Shown: positions 19,548 to 28,015, counted from the stretch's first letter. The stretch is DNA of 64,000 nucleotides from an uncultured Pseudoflavonifractor sp. (GCA_964504285.1 CAZDDZ010000005.1:1084-65083), one strand, 5' to 3'. Numbers and translations: made by a program. Notes: generated from the letters alone by a model not told the origin.

Positions 19548-19708
19548 GGACAAGTTCCATTTTTTACACGCCGAAAAGGGCGGAAAACCGGGAATGTCAT
19601 TTATGTCGGCGCTTGTAAGAGAAAAGGGGACTTAAACGTCCAAAACGGGTACCAAAAGCAAGGGCATTCCTGTGTAAAACTTTGGTCAAGCGAATGGGCC
19701 CGGAAGTA

Positions 19709-19740
19709 CAAAAAAAGAGACTGCGCATACGGCAGTCTCT
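19709..19740 (-). terminator. Intrinsic terminator of the XRE-family gene
   Basis: On the minus strand, agagactgc-loop-gcagtctct is followed by TTTTTTT. Confidence 0.75.
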
Positions 19741-19778
19741 GAAATGTATTTTTAACGAGCCGCTGCAGAGGGCAGCTT

Positions 19779-20354
19779 CTACTGCTCCGCACGCCGCTCC
19801 ATGGACGTAAAGGCACGGAGGAAGGCGGCACGCTGCTCCTGGTAGCCTTCCTCGCCCAGGCGGGTAAAGCACTCGCCCAAAATCAGGGCCAGCTCGGCAG
19901 CTAAAGCATTTTCGTAATACATGCCCTCCTGGTTATAATATTGAGCGGGCTCAGCCAGCTCACGGGCGGCGGCAAGGTCGCCCCGCTCCAGTGCGGCTCG
20001 TGCGGCATGGGCGCCGGCCCGGGCGTGGAGAAGGTAGCCCTCATCGCTGGTGCCCGCCGTGGCGTCGGCCTCCAGCGCGGCAAGACAGTCCAGCCAGCGG
20101 CCCTGCCGGTAGGCAGCGCGGGCCTCATCCAAACCGTCGGGAGCGGTGCCGTCCGAAATGGGCGCACCCGAGAGAAAATAGCCTGTGGGCAGACTCAGGG
20201 CTCCCGCCAAATACTCCAGTGTGCGCACCGAGGGGGCGGCGCTGTCGTTTTCAATTTTTGAGAGCATGTTGCGGGTAATGTAGCTGCCCACCAGCTCCTT
20301 CTGGGTCATACCCTGCTCCAGCCGAGCCTCTTTAATTTTCTGTCCCAGGGTCAT
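19779..20354 (-). CDS. XRE-family HTH transcriptional regulator with helical (TPR-like) C-terminal domain
   Basis: GQKIKEARLEQGMTQKELV...NMLSKIENDSAAPSVRTLEYLAGAL. Confidence 0.8.
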   Translation of the reverse strand: MTLGQKIKEARLEQGMTQKELVGSYITRNMLSKIENDSAAPSVRTLEYLAGALSLPTGYFLSGAPISDGTAPDGLDEARAAYRQGRWLDCLAALEADATAGTSDEGYLLHARAGAHAARAALERGDLAAARELAEPAQYYNQEGMYYENALAAELALILGECFTRLGEEGYQEQRAAFLRAFTSMERRAEQ

Positions 20355-20400
20355 AAAATTTCCCTCCAGATGTAACTGTGATTTACCTCATTTTATCATG

Positions 20401-20427
20401 AAAAATTGGCGGGGGCAAGCCCCCGCC
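20401..20427 (-). terminator. Intrinsic terminator of the carboxypeptidase gene
   Basis: ggcggggg-caag-cccccgcc, followed by a U-run on the minus strand. Confidence 0.7.
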
Positions 20428-20439
20428 AAGACGTTTCCT

Positions 20440-21579
20440 TTATCCCGCCATAAAAAGCTGGTGCAGGAACTTCATAAAGATGCCGGGTACCGTCAGGCGC
20501 TCCACACTGTCTGCGGCAATAATGGGGATGTTCTCCTTCTCTACTCCGTTGATGGTAACCACCATCTCGCCCAGCTTTTGACCTGCCTCTACGGGGGCCT
20601 CCACGTTTTCGCACAGGCGCAGATCGGTGGTGACGTTGTTGAGCTCGGCCTTGTCAATGAGAATACGGCTGGAGCGGGAGAGCTTGGGCTGTACCTGGGC
20701 GCTTACGCCCAGCAGCACGTCCACCGGGGGCAGAGCCTCGCCGGGATACACGTCCATCACAGTATAGTTGGCAAAGCCAAAATTGAGCATGGCCTTGGCG
20801 CTTTCAAAACGTTTATCGGAGGTGGGACCCTTCATTACAACGGCAATCAGCTCCATGCCGTCCCGCTCCGCAGTAGCGGACAGGCAGTAAAGCGCCGAGT
20901 CGGTAGAGCCTGTTTTTAAGCCGGTAGTACCCTCGTAAAAGCGCACCAGCTTATTGGTGTTGGAGAGCTGAAACGCGCCGCCGCGGATGCTGTCCATCCA
21001 GATAGTGGTGTATTTGCGTATGGCGGAGTGCTTGACTAATTCACGTGACATGAGGGCAATATCATAGGCACTGGTCAGGTGCCCGGCAGCGGGCAGACCG
21101 GTGCAGTTGAGAAAACAGGTGTCGTTCATGCCCAGCTCCTTGGCCCGCTGGTTCATGAGGGACACAAAGCCCTCCTCGCTGCCGGCAATGTGCTCGGCCA
21201 GCGCTACGGCGGCATCGTTACCCGAGACTACGGCCACCGCCTTAAGCATGTCGTCCACCGTCATCTGCTCGCCCTCTTTTAAATACACCTGGCTGCCGCC
21301 CATGCCCGCAGCATGGGTGGAAACGGTGACCATGTCGTCCAGCTTCAGACGGCCTGCGTCAAGGGCTTCCATTACCAGCAGCAGGGTCATCACCTTGGTA
21401 ACGCTGGCGGGCTCCAGCTTGTCGTGGGGGTTTTGCTCAAAGAGGACGGTGCCGGTCTCCTTTTCCATAAGCACGGCTGAGCCGCACTCCACGGCGGGTG
21501 CACCCGCCACGGCGGAAGCAGGAAGAGCGGAAAAGGTCAAAAGGGAAACACACAGCAGAGCTGCGAGGGTTTTCTTCAT
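20440..21579 (-). CDS. Serine-type D-alanyl-D-alanine carboxypeptidase (peptidase S11, PBP5-like)
   Basis: SVTKVMT (SxxK), SGND and KTGST motifs. Start moved to ATG 21579 (GGAGG RBS, signal peptide MKKTLAALLCVSLL); the longer ORF runs into a repeat. Confidence 0.9.
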   Translation of the reverse strand: MKKTLAALLCVSLLTFSALPASAVAGAPAVECGSAVLMEKETGTVLFEQNPHDKLEPASVTKVMTLLLVMEALDAGRLKLDDMVTVSTHAAGMGGSQVYLKEGEQMTVDDMLKAVAVVSGNDAAVALAEHIAGSEEGFVSLMNQRAKELGMNDTCFLNCTGLPAAGHLTSAYDIALMSRELVKHSAIRKYTTIWMDSIRGGAFQLSNTNKLVRFYEGTTGLKTGSTDSALYCLSATAERDGMELIAVVMKGPTSDKRFESAKAMLNFGFANYTVMDVYPGEALPPVDVLLGVSAQVQPKLSRSSRILIDKAELNNVTTDLRLCENVEAPVEAGQKLGEMVVTINGVEKENIPIIAADSVERLTVPGIFMKFLHQLFMAG

Positions 21580-21612
21580 GGGATATTTCCTCCATTCTCG
21601 TATCTTTGAAAC

Positions 21613-21776
21613 TAGAGCGTATCTGAAAAGTATCAAAACGCCCATAAACTTGTCTTTTCCTGCCATGGCAGCGCCAATTTTCCTTGCCATACGTCAGTAT
21701 GGCTGCAAAAAATCGGCTTGCCTGACACAAAAATCCTGCGCTTCTGTGCATTCCGCTACTTTTCAGATACGCTCTA
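21613..21776. mobile_element. Family-B MITE-like repeat, intact copy (164 bp, perfect 20-bp TIR, TA-flanked)
   Basis: The left end tagagcgtatctgaaaagta equals the reverse complement of the right end tacttttcagatacgctcta. There is an internal hairpin gccatac-gtca-gtatggc. Confidence 0.85.
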
Positions 21777-22028
21777 AGTAAAGGATATGGAATGAAGGGA
21801 GATTCTATACAAAAGAGTGGGAACATGGTATAATAATTATTGCGCAATTATGAGGTGCGCATGTGGCACGAAGAGCTTGGGCGCCGGTACTTCAGCCGTT
21901 GACTGTAATGGCTGGGTGGAAGATGATTCCATAAATGAAATTTACACAATTGCAGCGGCAGGTCGGTGTGATGGCATAAGCCGCGGCGTGCTTTATGGCA
22001 ATATCAAAAATTCAAAGGAGCGAATCCT

Positions 22029-22334
22029 ATGGCGGAACTGTTTTTGCCCGTCCTATCTCATTTTCAAAACAAAAATGTGTGGCTGGCCAGTGATGGCCGG
22101 CTGCGCTTTCAAATTACACCGGGAGAGGGGCTTGCGGCAGAAATATGGGAAGGCCCCTGGTGCTATGAGCTCTCCCGGGTGGAGGAGACCAATACCTTCC
22201 CTATGGACGAGGAGGGAATTATTGCCCTCCGTGCCTGGCTGGGCCAGAAAGCCGCCGAAGTAAATGCCCGCCCCAAGCGTAGTATGAGCGAAAATTTGGA
22301 GCGACGGGTAGAACCGGCGGCAAAGGAAGCATAA
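22029..22334 (+). CDS. Hypothetical protein (101 aa)
   Basis: AAAGGAG RBS 8 nt upstream of the ATG; the ORF ends directly at a strong terminator. No recognisable motif. Confidence 0.55.
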   Translation: MAELFLPVLSHFQNKNVWLASDGRLRFQITPGEGLAAEIWEGPWCYELSRVEETNTFPMDEEGIIALRAWLGQKAAEVNARPKRSMSENLERRVEPAAKEA

Positions 22335-22367
22335 AACAGCGGCCCCCCGCCGGGGGGCCGCTGTTTT
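22333..22367. terminator. Bidirectional intrinsic terminator
   Basis: aaaacagcggcccccc-gcc-ggggggccgctgtttt. Confidence 0.8.
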
Positions 22368-22370
22368 GCG

Positions 22371-22385
22371 TTTAGAAACGCTCTA
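22371..22385. repeat. Relic of a family-B terminal repeat
   Basis: tttagaaacgctcta matches the right TIR ttcagaaacgctcta. Its terminal cta is the stop codon of the HD-GYP gene. Confidence 0.45.
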
Positions 22386-23651
22386 GTCATAATAAGTATT
22401 TGACAGGTTGGTGTATTCCTCCGCGATGGTATGATAGGCCTTTAGCAGGGGGGCGGTACAGCTCTGCACTTCATCGGCAATTTGGTCAAAGTGAGTATTG
22501 ATTAGCGAAACAATATTGCTGTCAATGAGCCTGTCGGCACCCATTTGGTTTAGAATACCCAATACCTTTGCCTTTGGAAAGGCGGTCTTATAGCTGCGGG
22601 CGCCGCAGAGCGCGCTGAAAATATCGGCAACGGCCACCACACGGTCGGGCAGGGACAGTGTTTCGGCGGTCAATCCCAGGGGATAACCGGAGCCATCCAG
22701 CTTTTCATGGTGGCGTATAACCACTTGCCTAAGCTTCTCGGTGACACAGTCGCCCAAAATGTCGCCGGTCATGTCCACATGGGTGCGCATGATAGCCATG
22801 GCCTGGGGGCTGAGCTTGCCGGGAAACTCCAAAATTTCCACCGGGATAGAAACCTTGCCCAAATCATGGAGCAGAGAACTGTTAACCACCAGCGCCACGT
22901 CCTCTTCGTCCATGCCCAATAGCCTGGAAATTGACTGGCTTACTATGACAGTGGTCATGGTGTGGGTTACAGTGTGGCGGCTGCGGAAGTCAATGGCGTA
23001 AATGAGCATTTTAAAAATGGCGTCGGTATCCTCTGTGGAAAAGGGCGGGGTACAAACCATGTCGTAGAGAAGGGGATCACTCTCCAGCTCTGCCGGAGTG
23101 GGCGTAAAAACCTCCACCTGGTGGAGTAAATCCAGCACCTGGGGCGCGTATTGAGTGCCCCTGCCCTCCTCCATCACAGAGAAAAAACGGTCAGGCTCGG
23201 TAGACTGCTGGTTAAAAAAGATGTCGGCCCGGTCGGCCACCAGGATAAATTGTGCCAGTTCCTTATGACTGGGGTCTATATCCAGTGACTCCAGCAGCGA
23301 CCAGTTGGCATGGTGATAAAGCACCAGATCGGAAAGATACTGAAAGGGAGAAAAATGCTTTAAGAAAAGGGAACCGTAAATAGCGTGAGCCCAGACCCGG
23401 CCGGTCTCAAACTGCACCATTTGGTCAATTTCCTCGGTTTTATAAGCACCAACATCATGGAGAACAGCCAACATACAGATGTCCCGCCGCTGGGCGGGTG
23501 TGTAAACGGTCCCTTTTAGTGCCAAAAGCCGGGAGGTAAGCCAAGCTACCCGTAATCCGTGATCAATCAGGCGAGGATCGATATAAGTGCACACCCGGCG
23601 AATAATACCTAAAATACTGCGGTTATCAAGGGTTAGGGAGTAATGCGGCAT
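22383..23651 (-). CDS. HD-GYP domain protein with an additional N-terminal HD-like domain (putative cyclic-dinucleotide phosphodiesterase)
   Basis: The C-terminal half has LLHDLGK and HHEKLDGSGYPLG. The N-terminal half has H..HD..HH residues but no GYP. Confidence 0.85.
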   Translation of the reverse strand: MPHYSLTLDNRSILGIIRRVCTYIDPRLIDHGLRVAWLTSRLLALKGTVYTPAQRRDICMLAVLHDVGAYKTEEIDQMVQFETGRVWAHAIYGSLFLKHFSPFQYLSDLVLYHHANWSLLESLDIDPSHKELAQFILVADRADIFFNQQSTEPDRFFSVMEEGRGTQYAPQVLDLLHQVEVFTPTPAELESDPLLYDMVCTPPFSTEDTDAIFKMLIYAIDFRSRHTVTHTMTTVIVSQSISRLLGMDEEDVALVVNSSLLHDLGKVSIPVEILEFPGKLSPQAMAIMRTHVDMTGDILGDCVTEKLRQVVIRHHEKLDGSGYPLGLTAETLSLPDRVVAVADIFSALCGARSYKTAFPKAKVLGILNQMGADRLIDSNIVSLINTHFDQIADEVQSCTAPLLKAYHTIAEEYTNLSNTYYD

Positions 23652-23704
23652 CTATATTCCACCTTAAGAATAATCCGTCGGCTATGTAATTCTTATATGA
23701 TTTG

Positions 23705-23749
23705 CAAAAAATATGGTATAATAGCCGTCCGGCGGCTATTATACCATAT
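23705..23749 (-). terminator. Intrinsic terminator hairpin whose arms are palindromic TGGTATAAT motifs
   Basis: atatggtataatagccg-tccgg-cggctattataccatat forms a 17-bp stem, with a U-run on the minus strand. Confidence 0.65.
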
Positions 23750-23804
23750 TGTTCAAAAATAGAAATAGACTTTTCACAAATAGGGGAAAGCTTTTATGTT
23801 GGCG

Positions 23805-24431
23805 TTATCCCAGTGGCTCAAAAAATTCAGGGCCCTTGCGACAAATGGGGCAGATATAGTCGGCGGGGAGGGTGTCGCTCTCCAGCACATAGCCGCAGAT
23901 TTTACAGCGGAAGCCCTTGACCGTGGGGGGCTGATAGGAGGAGGCCTTTGGGGGGGTAACGCCGTTTTTGACCTTGTGGTAGTAGGCATAGGTCATGGGC
24001 TCTCCATCGGCCAGCCGCTCGGCGGATACCACTTCGCCCACAAAGAGAATGTGGGTACCAATATCCACCTTGTCAATGACCTTACAGCTAAAGCGGGAAA
24101 GCACCTGCTCGGAGACATAGGAAACGCCGTTTTCATCCACGGCAGTGCGGAAGGGAGCAAATTTATCGGTGTCCCGGCTGGACTTAAAGCCAAAGCCGCC
24201 AATCAGCTCCATGGTGGCATCCTGCGCCAGAACGACACCGGTAAAATAACCGGATTTTTCAATCAGCTCGGTGGTGTAGTTGTCCTTGTGAACGGCCACT
24301 GTCATGCGCTCGGGAATGGCGGTTACCTGGGTAAGCGTGTTGACGGTGCAGCCTGCCGACTTGCCGTTAAAAGTGCTGGAAATTAAATAAAGCCCATAGC
24401 TCATGTTAAAAAATGCCTTGGGGTCAATCAT
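23805..24431 (-). CDS. Flavin reductase-like domain fused to a C-terminal rubredoxin (high-molecular-weight rubredoxin type)
   Basis: The C-terminus has CKICGYV...YICPICR (two CxxC). The N-terminal domain is flavin-reductase-like. Start moved to ATG 24431 (GGGAGG RBS). Confidence 0.8.
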   Translation of the reverse strand: MIDPKAFFNMSYGLYLISSTFNGKSAGCTVNTLTQVTAIPERMTVAVHKDNYTTELIEKSGYFTGVVLAQDATMELIGGFGFKSSRDTDKFAPFRTAVDENGVSYVSEQVLSRFSCKVIDKVDIGTHILFVGEVVSAERLADGEPMTYAYYHKVKNGVTPPKASSYQPPTVKGFRCKICGYVLESDTLPADYICPICRKGPEFFEPLG

Positions 24432-24589
24432 AAAAATACCTCCCTTGTTAATGAGAACTGTTCCTAATAATAGAATAGCACAATTTGTCACATTGTCAAG
24501 TCTTTTCCAAAAAGTAAAGAAAGCATGTGCCGTGTTATTGCACCTTGGACACCGTTCCCTACGGAGGCCTGGAAGCAATGTATTGTTCC

Positions 24590-24626
24590 TTAATAAATCA
24601 AGAGGCGGAGCATTTGCTCCGCCTCT
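24590..24626 (-). terminator. Intrinsic terminator of the lipoprotein gene
   Basis: agaggcggagc-attt-gctccgcctct, followed by U-rich sequence on the minus strand. Confidence 0.65.
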
Positions 24627-24640
24627 CTGCAATTTGCTAT

Positions 24641-25720
24641 TTAACCGGCAGCCTTGGCGATAAGGGTCTGGAGACTGCTGATACCGATGGTGACCGAGGA
24701 GGCCACATCGGGGTCGGCGGGGCCGCCCTTATCGTTAAGTGCCATACCGGTAATTTCGCTCACGGTCTTGCCGGTGGCATAGGCCGAGAAGGCAGCGGCC
24801 TGCTCGTTCCACTCCTTGCCAATGGCGGAAGCCTTCTTCATGCCGTACTCGTCGCCCAGCTGGTTCTTGGAGGGGACGGCGGCGGTCAGGTCGCTGGTAA
24901 TCACGCCGCTGGCGTTAAAGTTTACGTTGGCCTGCACGGAGTCAATGTAGCAGCTGGTCACGGTATCACCCTGCAAAGTCACGGCGGCAAAGTAGGTATA
25001 GGCCTGAGCCAGACCGTCCTTTTCGGCGGTAGCATCCTTGCTCTTCTTCATGTTGGCGTCGCTGGTGAGAGCCAGCTTGTCGCCCTTCTGTGCCCCCAGA
25101 TGAGTGGCGTTGTTAACGGCTTCCTGAATACCGGCCAGGTAGCCGCCCACGCTGATGGTCACAGAGGAAACCAAATCCGCGTCGGTGGGAGCTCCCTTTT
25201 CATTGACGGGAAGACCCATGAGCTCATCCACCGTCTTGCCCACGGCATACTCGGCCAGAGCGGCGGCCTGCTCGTTCCACTCCTTGCCGATGGGAGAGGC
25301 CTTCTTCATGCCGTACTCGTCACCCAGCTCATTCTTGGTGGGGAACTGGGTAGCGGGGTCGGTGGTCAGCTTTCCGGTGGCGTCAAAGCTAATCTTAGAC
25401 TCAAAAATGTCGATGACACAGGAGTCAATCACGCCGTTGTCGTCCACGGTGACGGCAACCAGAGTCATTTCGCTCTTGGCTACGCCGTCCTTGTCAGCGG
25501 AAGCGTCCTTGCTGTCTGCCACGCTGGCGGAGATGGACAGGCCGGTCTTTACGGCAGTGGTGTCGGAAGGAGTGGCAGAGGGGGTAACGGAAGGCGTGAC
25601 AGAGGGAGTCGTGGAAGGAGTGGCCGAAGGGGTAGCTGTGGGAGAGCCCGCGCAGCCGGCCAGCAGACCGGCAGCCAGGGTCAGAGAGAGCGCGGCAAGA
25701 GAGAGTTTCTTTACGTTCAT
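24641..25720 (-). CDS. Lipoprotein with S/T/P-rich linker and two tandem FMN_bind-like repeats
   Basis: Lipobox LLAGC and linker PTATPSATPSTTPSVTPSVTPSATPS. The two repeats share NELGDEYGMKKAS.IGKEWNEQAAA and D..SSVTI. Start moved to ATG 25720. Confidence 0.75.
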   Translation of the reverse strand: MNVKKLSLAALSLTLAAGLLAGCAGSPTATPSATPSTTPSVTPSVTPSATPSDTTAVKTGLSISASVADSKDASADKDGVAKSEMTLVAVTVDDNGVIDSCVIDIFESKISFDATGKLTTDPATQFPTKNELGDEYGMKKASPIGKEWNEQAAALAEYAVGKTVDELMGLPVNEKGAPTDADLVSSVTISVGGYLAGIQEAVNNATHLGAQKGDKLALTSDANMKKSKDATAEKDGLAQAYTYFAAVTLQGDTVTSCYIDSVQANVNFNASGVITSDLTAAVPSKNQLGDEYGMKKASAIGKEWNEQAAAFSAYATGKTVSEITGMALNDKGGPADPDVASSVTIGISSLQTLIAKAAG

Positions 25721-25802
25721 GGTGCGTACCTCCATTTAAGTTTGTTATAACTATAACAGAGGTACCTTAATGGCAAATGAATGGCATCTAAATAATTGTT
25801 AA

Positions 25803-25963
25803 GGTAACACCGCACAATTCGGCAAGGCTGATTTGCAAGAAAAATCCGTGTCAGAAAAAGGCGTAAATTTGCCGGAATCCTGACGGATTTCAAAAATTTA
25901 CAACGAATTTATAACGCGAATTTTTTGCAAAGCGCCGCGGACGCAATTGTGCGGTGTTGCCTT
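25803..25963. repeat. About 160-bp intergenic segment bounded by 17-19-bp inverted repeats with a nested inverted repeat
   Basis: The outer arms are ggtaacaccgcacaatt (left) and aattgtgcggtgttgcc (right). The inner pair is aaatccgtgtcag and cctgacggattt. Confidence 0.4.
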
Positions 25964-25977
25964 AGGAATAAAACAAT

Positions 25978-27741
25978 TTAAAGAGAAGTCTCTTGCACGT
26001 TCTCCCGGGGGGAGGGTTCCATAGGAAAGGTAACGGTAAAGACTGTGCCTGTGCCGGGGTGGGTTTCCACATCGATAGTGCCCTTGTGCTCGTCCACCAC
26101 CTGACGGACAATAGCGAGCCCCAGGCCGGTACCCTTTCCGGTCTCCTTGGTGGAAAAGAAGGGTTCAAAAATCTGGGGAAGAACTTCCTTTGAAATGCCG
26201 GTGCCCGTATCGGAGACACGGAAGCATACCCTGTCCCCGCCGATGTGAGTGGAAACGGTCAGCCGCCCGCCGGCAGGCTCCATGGCGTGGTAGGCATTGA
26301 GAATCAGGTTTAACAGCAGCTGGGAGAGCTGAATTTCGTTGCCCATAATGCGGCCGTAAGGGCAGTTAAGCTCCGTTACCACCTCTACCCGCGGAGGACG
26401 GACGGGCTGGGCAACCTCCAGCACCTTGCGTACCAGACTGTCCGGCTCTACCAGCCGAAAGGTCTGAGCGGTGTTTTTACGGGACAGGTCGGACAGGCGG
26501 GAGATAATCTCCTTAGCTTTTTGTGAGGACTGGTAAATTTCCAGCAAATCGTCGTAAAGCTCTCCCACGGCCTGAGGTAGCTGCTCCATAGCCATGAGAC
26601 TATACCCCATAATGGGGGTAAGCAGGTTATTAAACTCATGGGCAATGCTGGAGGTCAGGGTACCGATGGTCTGAAGCCGCTGGTGGTGAGCCAGTTCCTG
26701 CGTTTGGCGGTTAAGCTCTTCCATGACGGTATTCTTCTCCCGCAGCAGCTCCAGCTCCTTGGCGGCACGGGCGCCGCGTCTGCCAGCCCACAGTGCCAGC
26801 ATGGCAAGCAAAATGATGCCGATGACTGCCATACTGCCGTAGGTCAGCAGCCGGAATGCCGCCATACTCAGGGGGCGCATGGCCTCGTCATAATTGGTGG
26901 AGGCACCCACAGCAAAAAAGCCGTTACTCTCCTCGGTGGCGGGTACCACGGCGATGCGGGAGGTAAAGGGGCCTTCTCCGGCACAGGTGAAGGACTCGTA
27001 AAAGACGGCCTGCTCGGTACCCTCCTCCTGCACAGCGAGCAGATGCGCCAGCCCATAATAGTCGCAGTAGCCGGGGGTCATTTGGGCAATGGTGTGCACC
27101 CGAATGCCGTTGTGGGTGTTGTGCACCAGCGTTCTTCCGCCAGCATCCATAAGAAGAATGCGATCCTCGGTGCCTGCTGTCAGGTCGGCGGCCACACGGT
27201 CGTAAAAGCCAATTAAATTCATCAGGGCGTAATAGGTCAGGCCGTTTTCCCGCTCAATGCCGAAGGCCAGATAGACAGTGCCGTCCTCCGCCACGCAGGG
27301 ACGGATGGAGCTGTCCCCCGATTGCCAGCCTGCCATGGGCGGAAAGCTGTAACGGGTCTGGCCGTCGCTGCTCACCAGTACACGTCCGGGGCCTTGGGCG
27401 GCCAGCATGGAGACAATCAGCTCGTCCTTGCGGAGAATATTGTCGGTCATGCGGGTAATCAGTGCATCGGCCGAGCCGGTGGAGAGATATTCCGCCTCGG
27501 CATCCATGAAAGCCGGACGGCTGACAGTGTACTCCAAATTGTCGCGGTAACGGCGCAGGTAGCTCTCTACGCTCCGGTCCACCGAGCGGGCCAGGCCAAA
27601 GAGCTGGTCATCCCGGGCGGTAACGGCAAGCTCCTCGTAGTGCTGAATGACCCGTACGGTCATCCATAGACCGCTGACAATCAGAAAAAGACTGACCAGA
27701 AGTCCAACGGCAAAGCCCCAGCCCTTTTTTATTCCAGACAC
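25978..27741 (-). CDS. Sensor histidine kinase with extracytoplasmic sensing domain
   Basis: N-terminal TM, a second TM around LLTYGSMAVIGIILLAML, H-box SIAHEFNNLLTPI and G-box GTGLGLAIV. Confidence 0.9.
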   Translation of the reverse strand: MSGIKKGWGFAVGLLVSLFLIVSGLWMTVRVIQHYEELAVTARDDQLFGLARSVDRSVESYLRRYRDNLEYTVSRPAFMDAEAEYLSTGSADALITRMTDNILRKDELIVSMLAAQGPGRVLVSSDGQTRYSFPPMAGWQSGDSSIRPCVAEDGTVYLAFGIERENGLTYYALMNLIGFYDRVAADLTAGTEDRILLMDAGGRTLVHNTHNGIRVHTIAQMTPGYCDYYGLAHLLAVQEEGTEQAVFYESFTCAGEGPFTSRIAVVPATEESNGFFAVGASTNYDEAMRPLSMAAFRLLTYGSMAVIGIILLAMLALWAGRRGARAAKELELLREKNTVMEELNRQTQELAHHQRLQTIGTLTSSIAHEFNNLLTPIMGYSLMAMEQLPQAVGELYDDLLEIYQSSQKAKEIISRLSDLSRKNTAQTFRLVEPDSLVRKVLEVAQPVRPPRVEVVTELNCPYGRIMGNEIQLSQLLLNLILNAYHAMEPAGGRLTVSTHIGGDRVCFRVSDTGTGISKEVLPQIFEPFFSTKETGKGTGLGLAIVRQVVDEHKGTIDVETHPGTGTVFTVTFPMEPSPRENVQETSL

Positions 27742-27784
27742 CGAACCCGCCTCCCCTTGTCAAGCGCAGATTTTTTTTGTATAC

Positions 27785-27946
27785 TAGAGCGTATCTGAAC
27801 AGTCTCAAAACGCTCATAAACTTGTCTTTTGCCGTCATGTTGCGCCAATTTTCCTTGCCATACGTCAGTATGGCTGCAAAAAATGGGCTTGCCTAACAAA
27901 AAATTCTGCGGTTCTGTGCATTCCGCTACTTTTCAGATACGCTCTA
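27785..27946. mobile_element. Family-B MITE-like repeat, intact copy between divergent kinase and regulator genes
   Basis: The element runs from tagagcgtatctgaacagtc to tacttttcagatacgctcta and is TA-flanked. Confidence 0.85.
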
Positions 27947-28015
27947 CTTTTATTTATTTTTATTTATATAAGGGTATCATAATAAAAATCTTCTGTAAAG
28001 AAAGGCGTGTGGCTG

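Noticed and set aside
24527-25750. 407-aa plus-strand ORF rich in G/A/L/V
   Set aside because: It is antisense to the lipoprotein gene, which has a signal peptide, lipobox, RBS and terminator. It is a shadow ORF.
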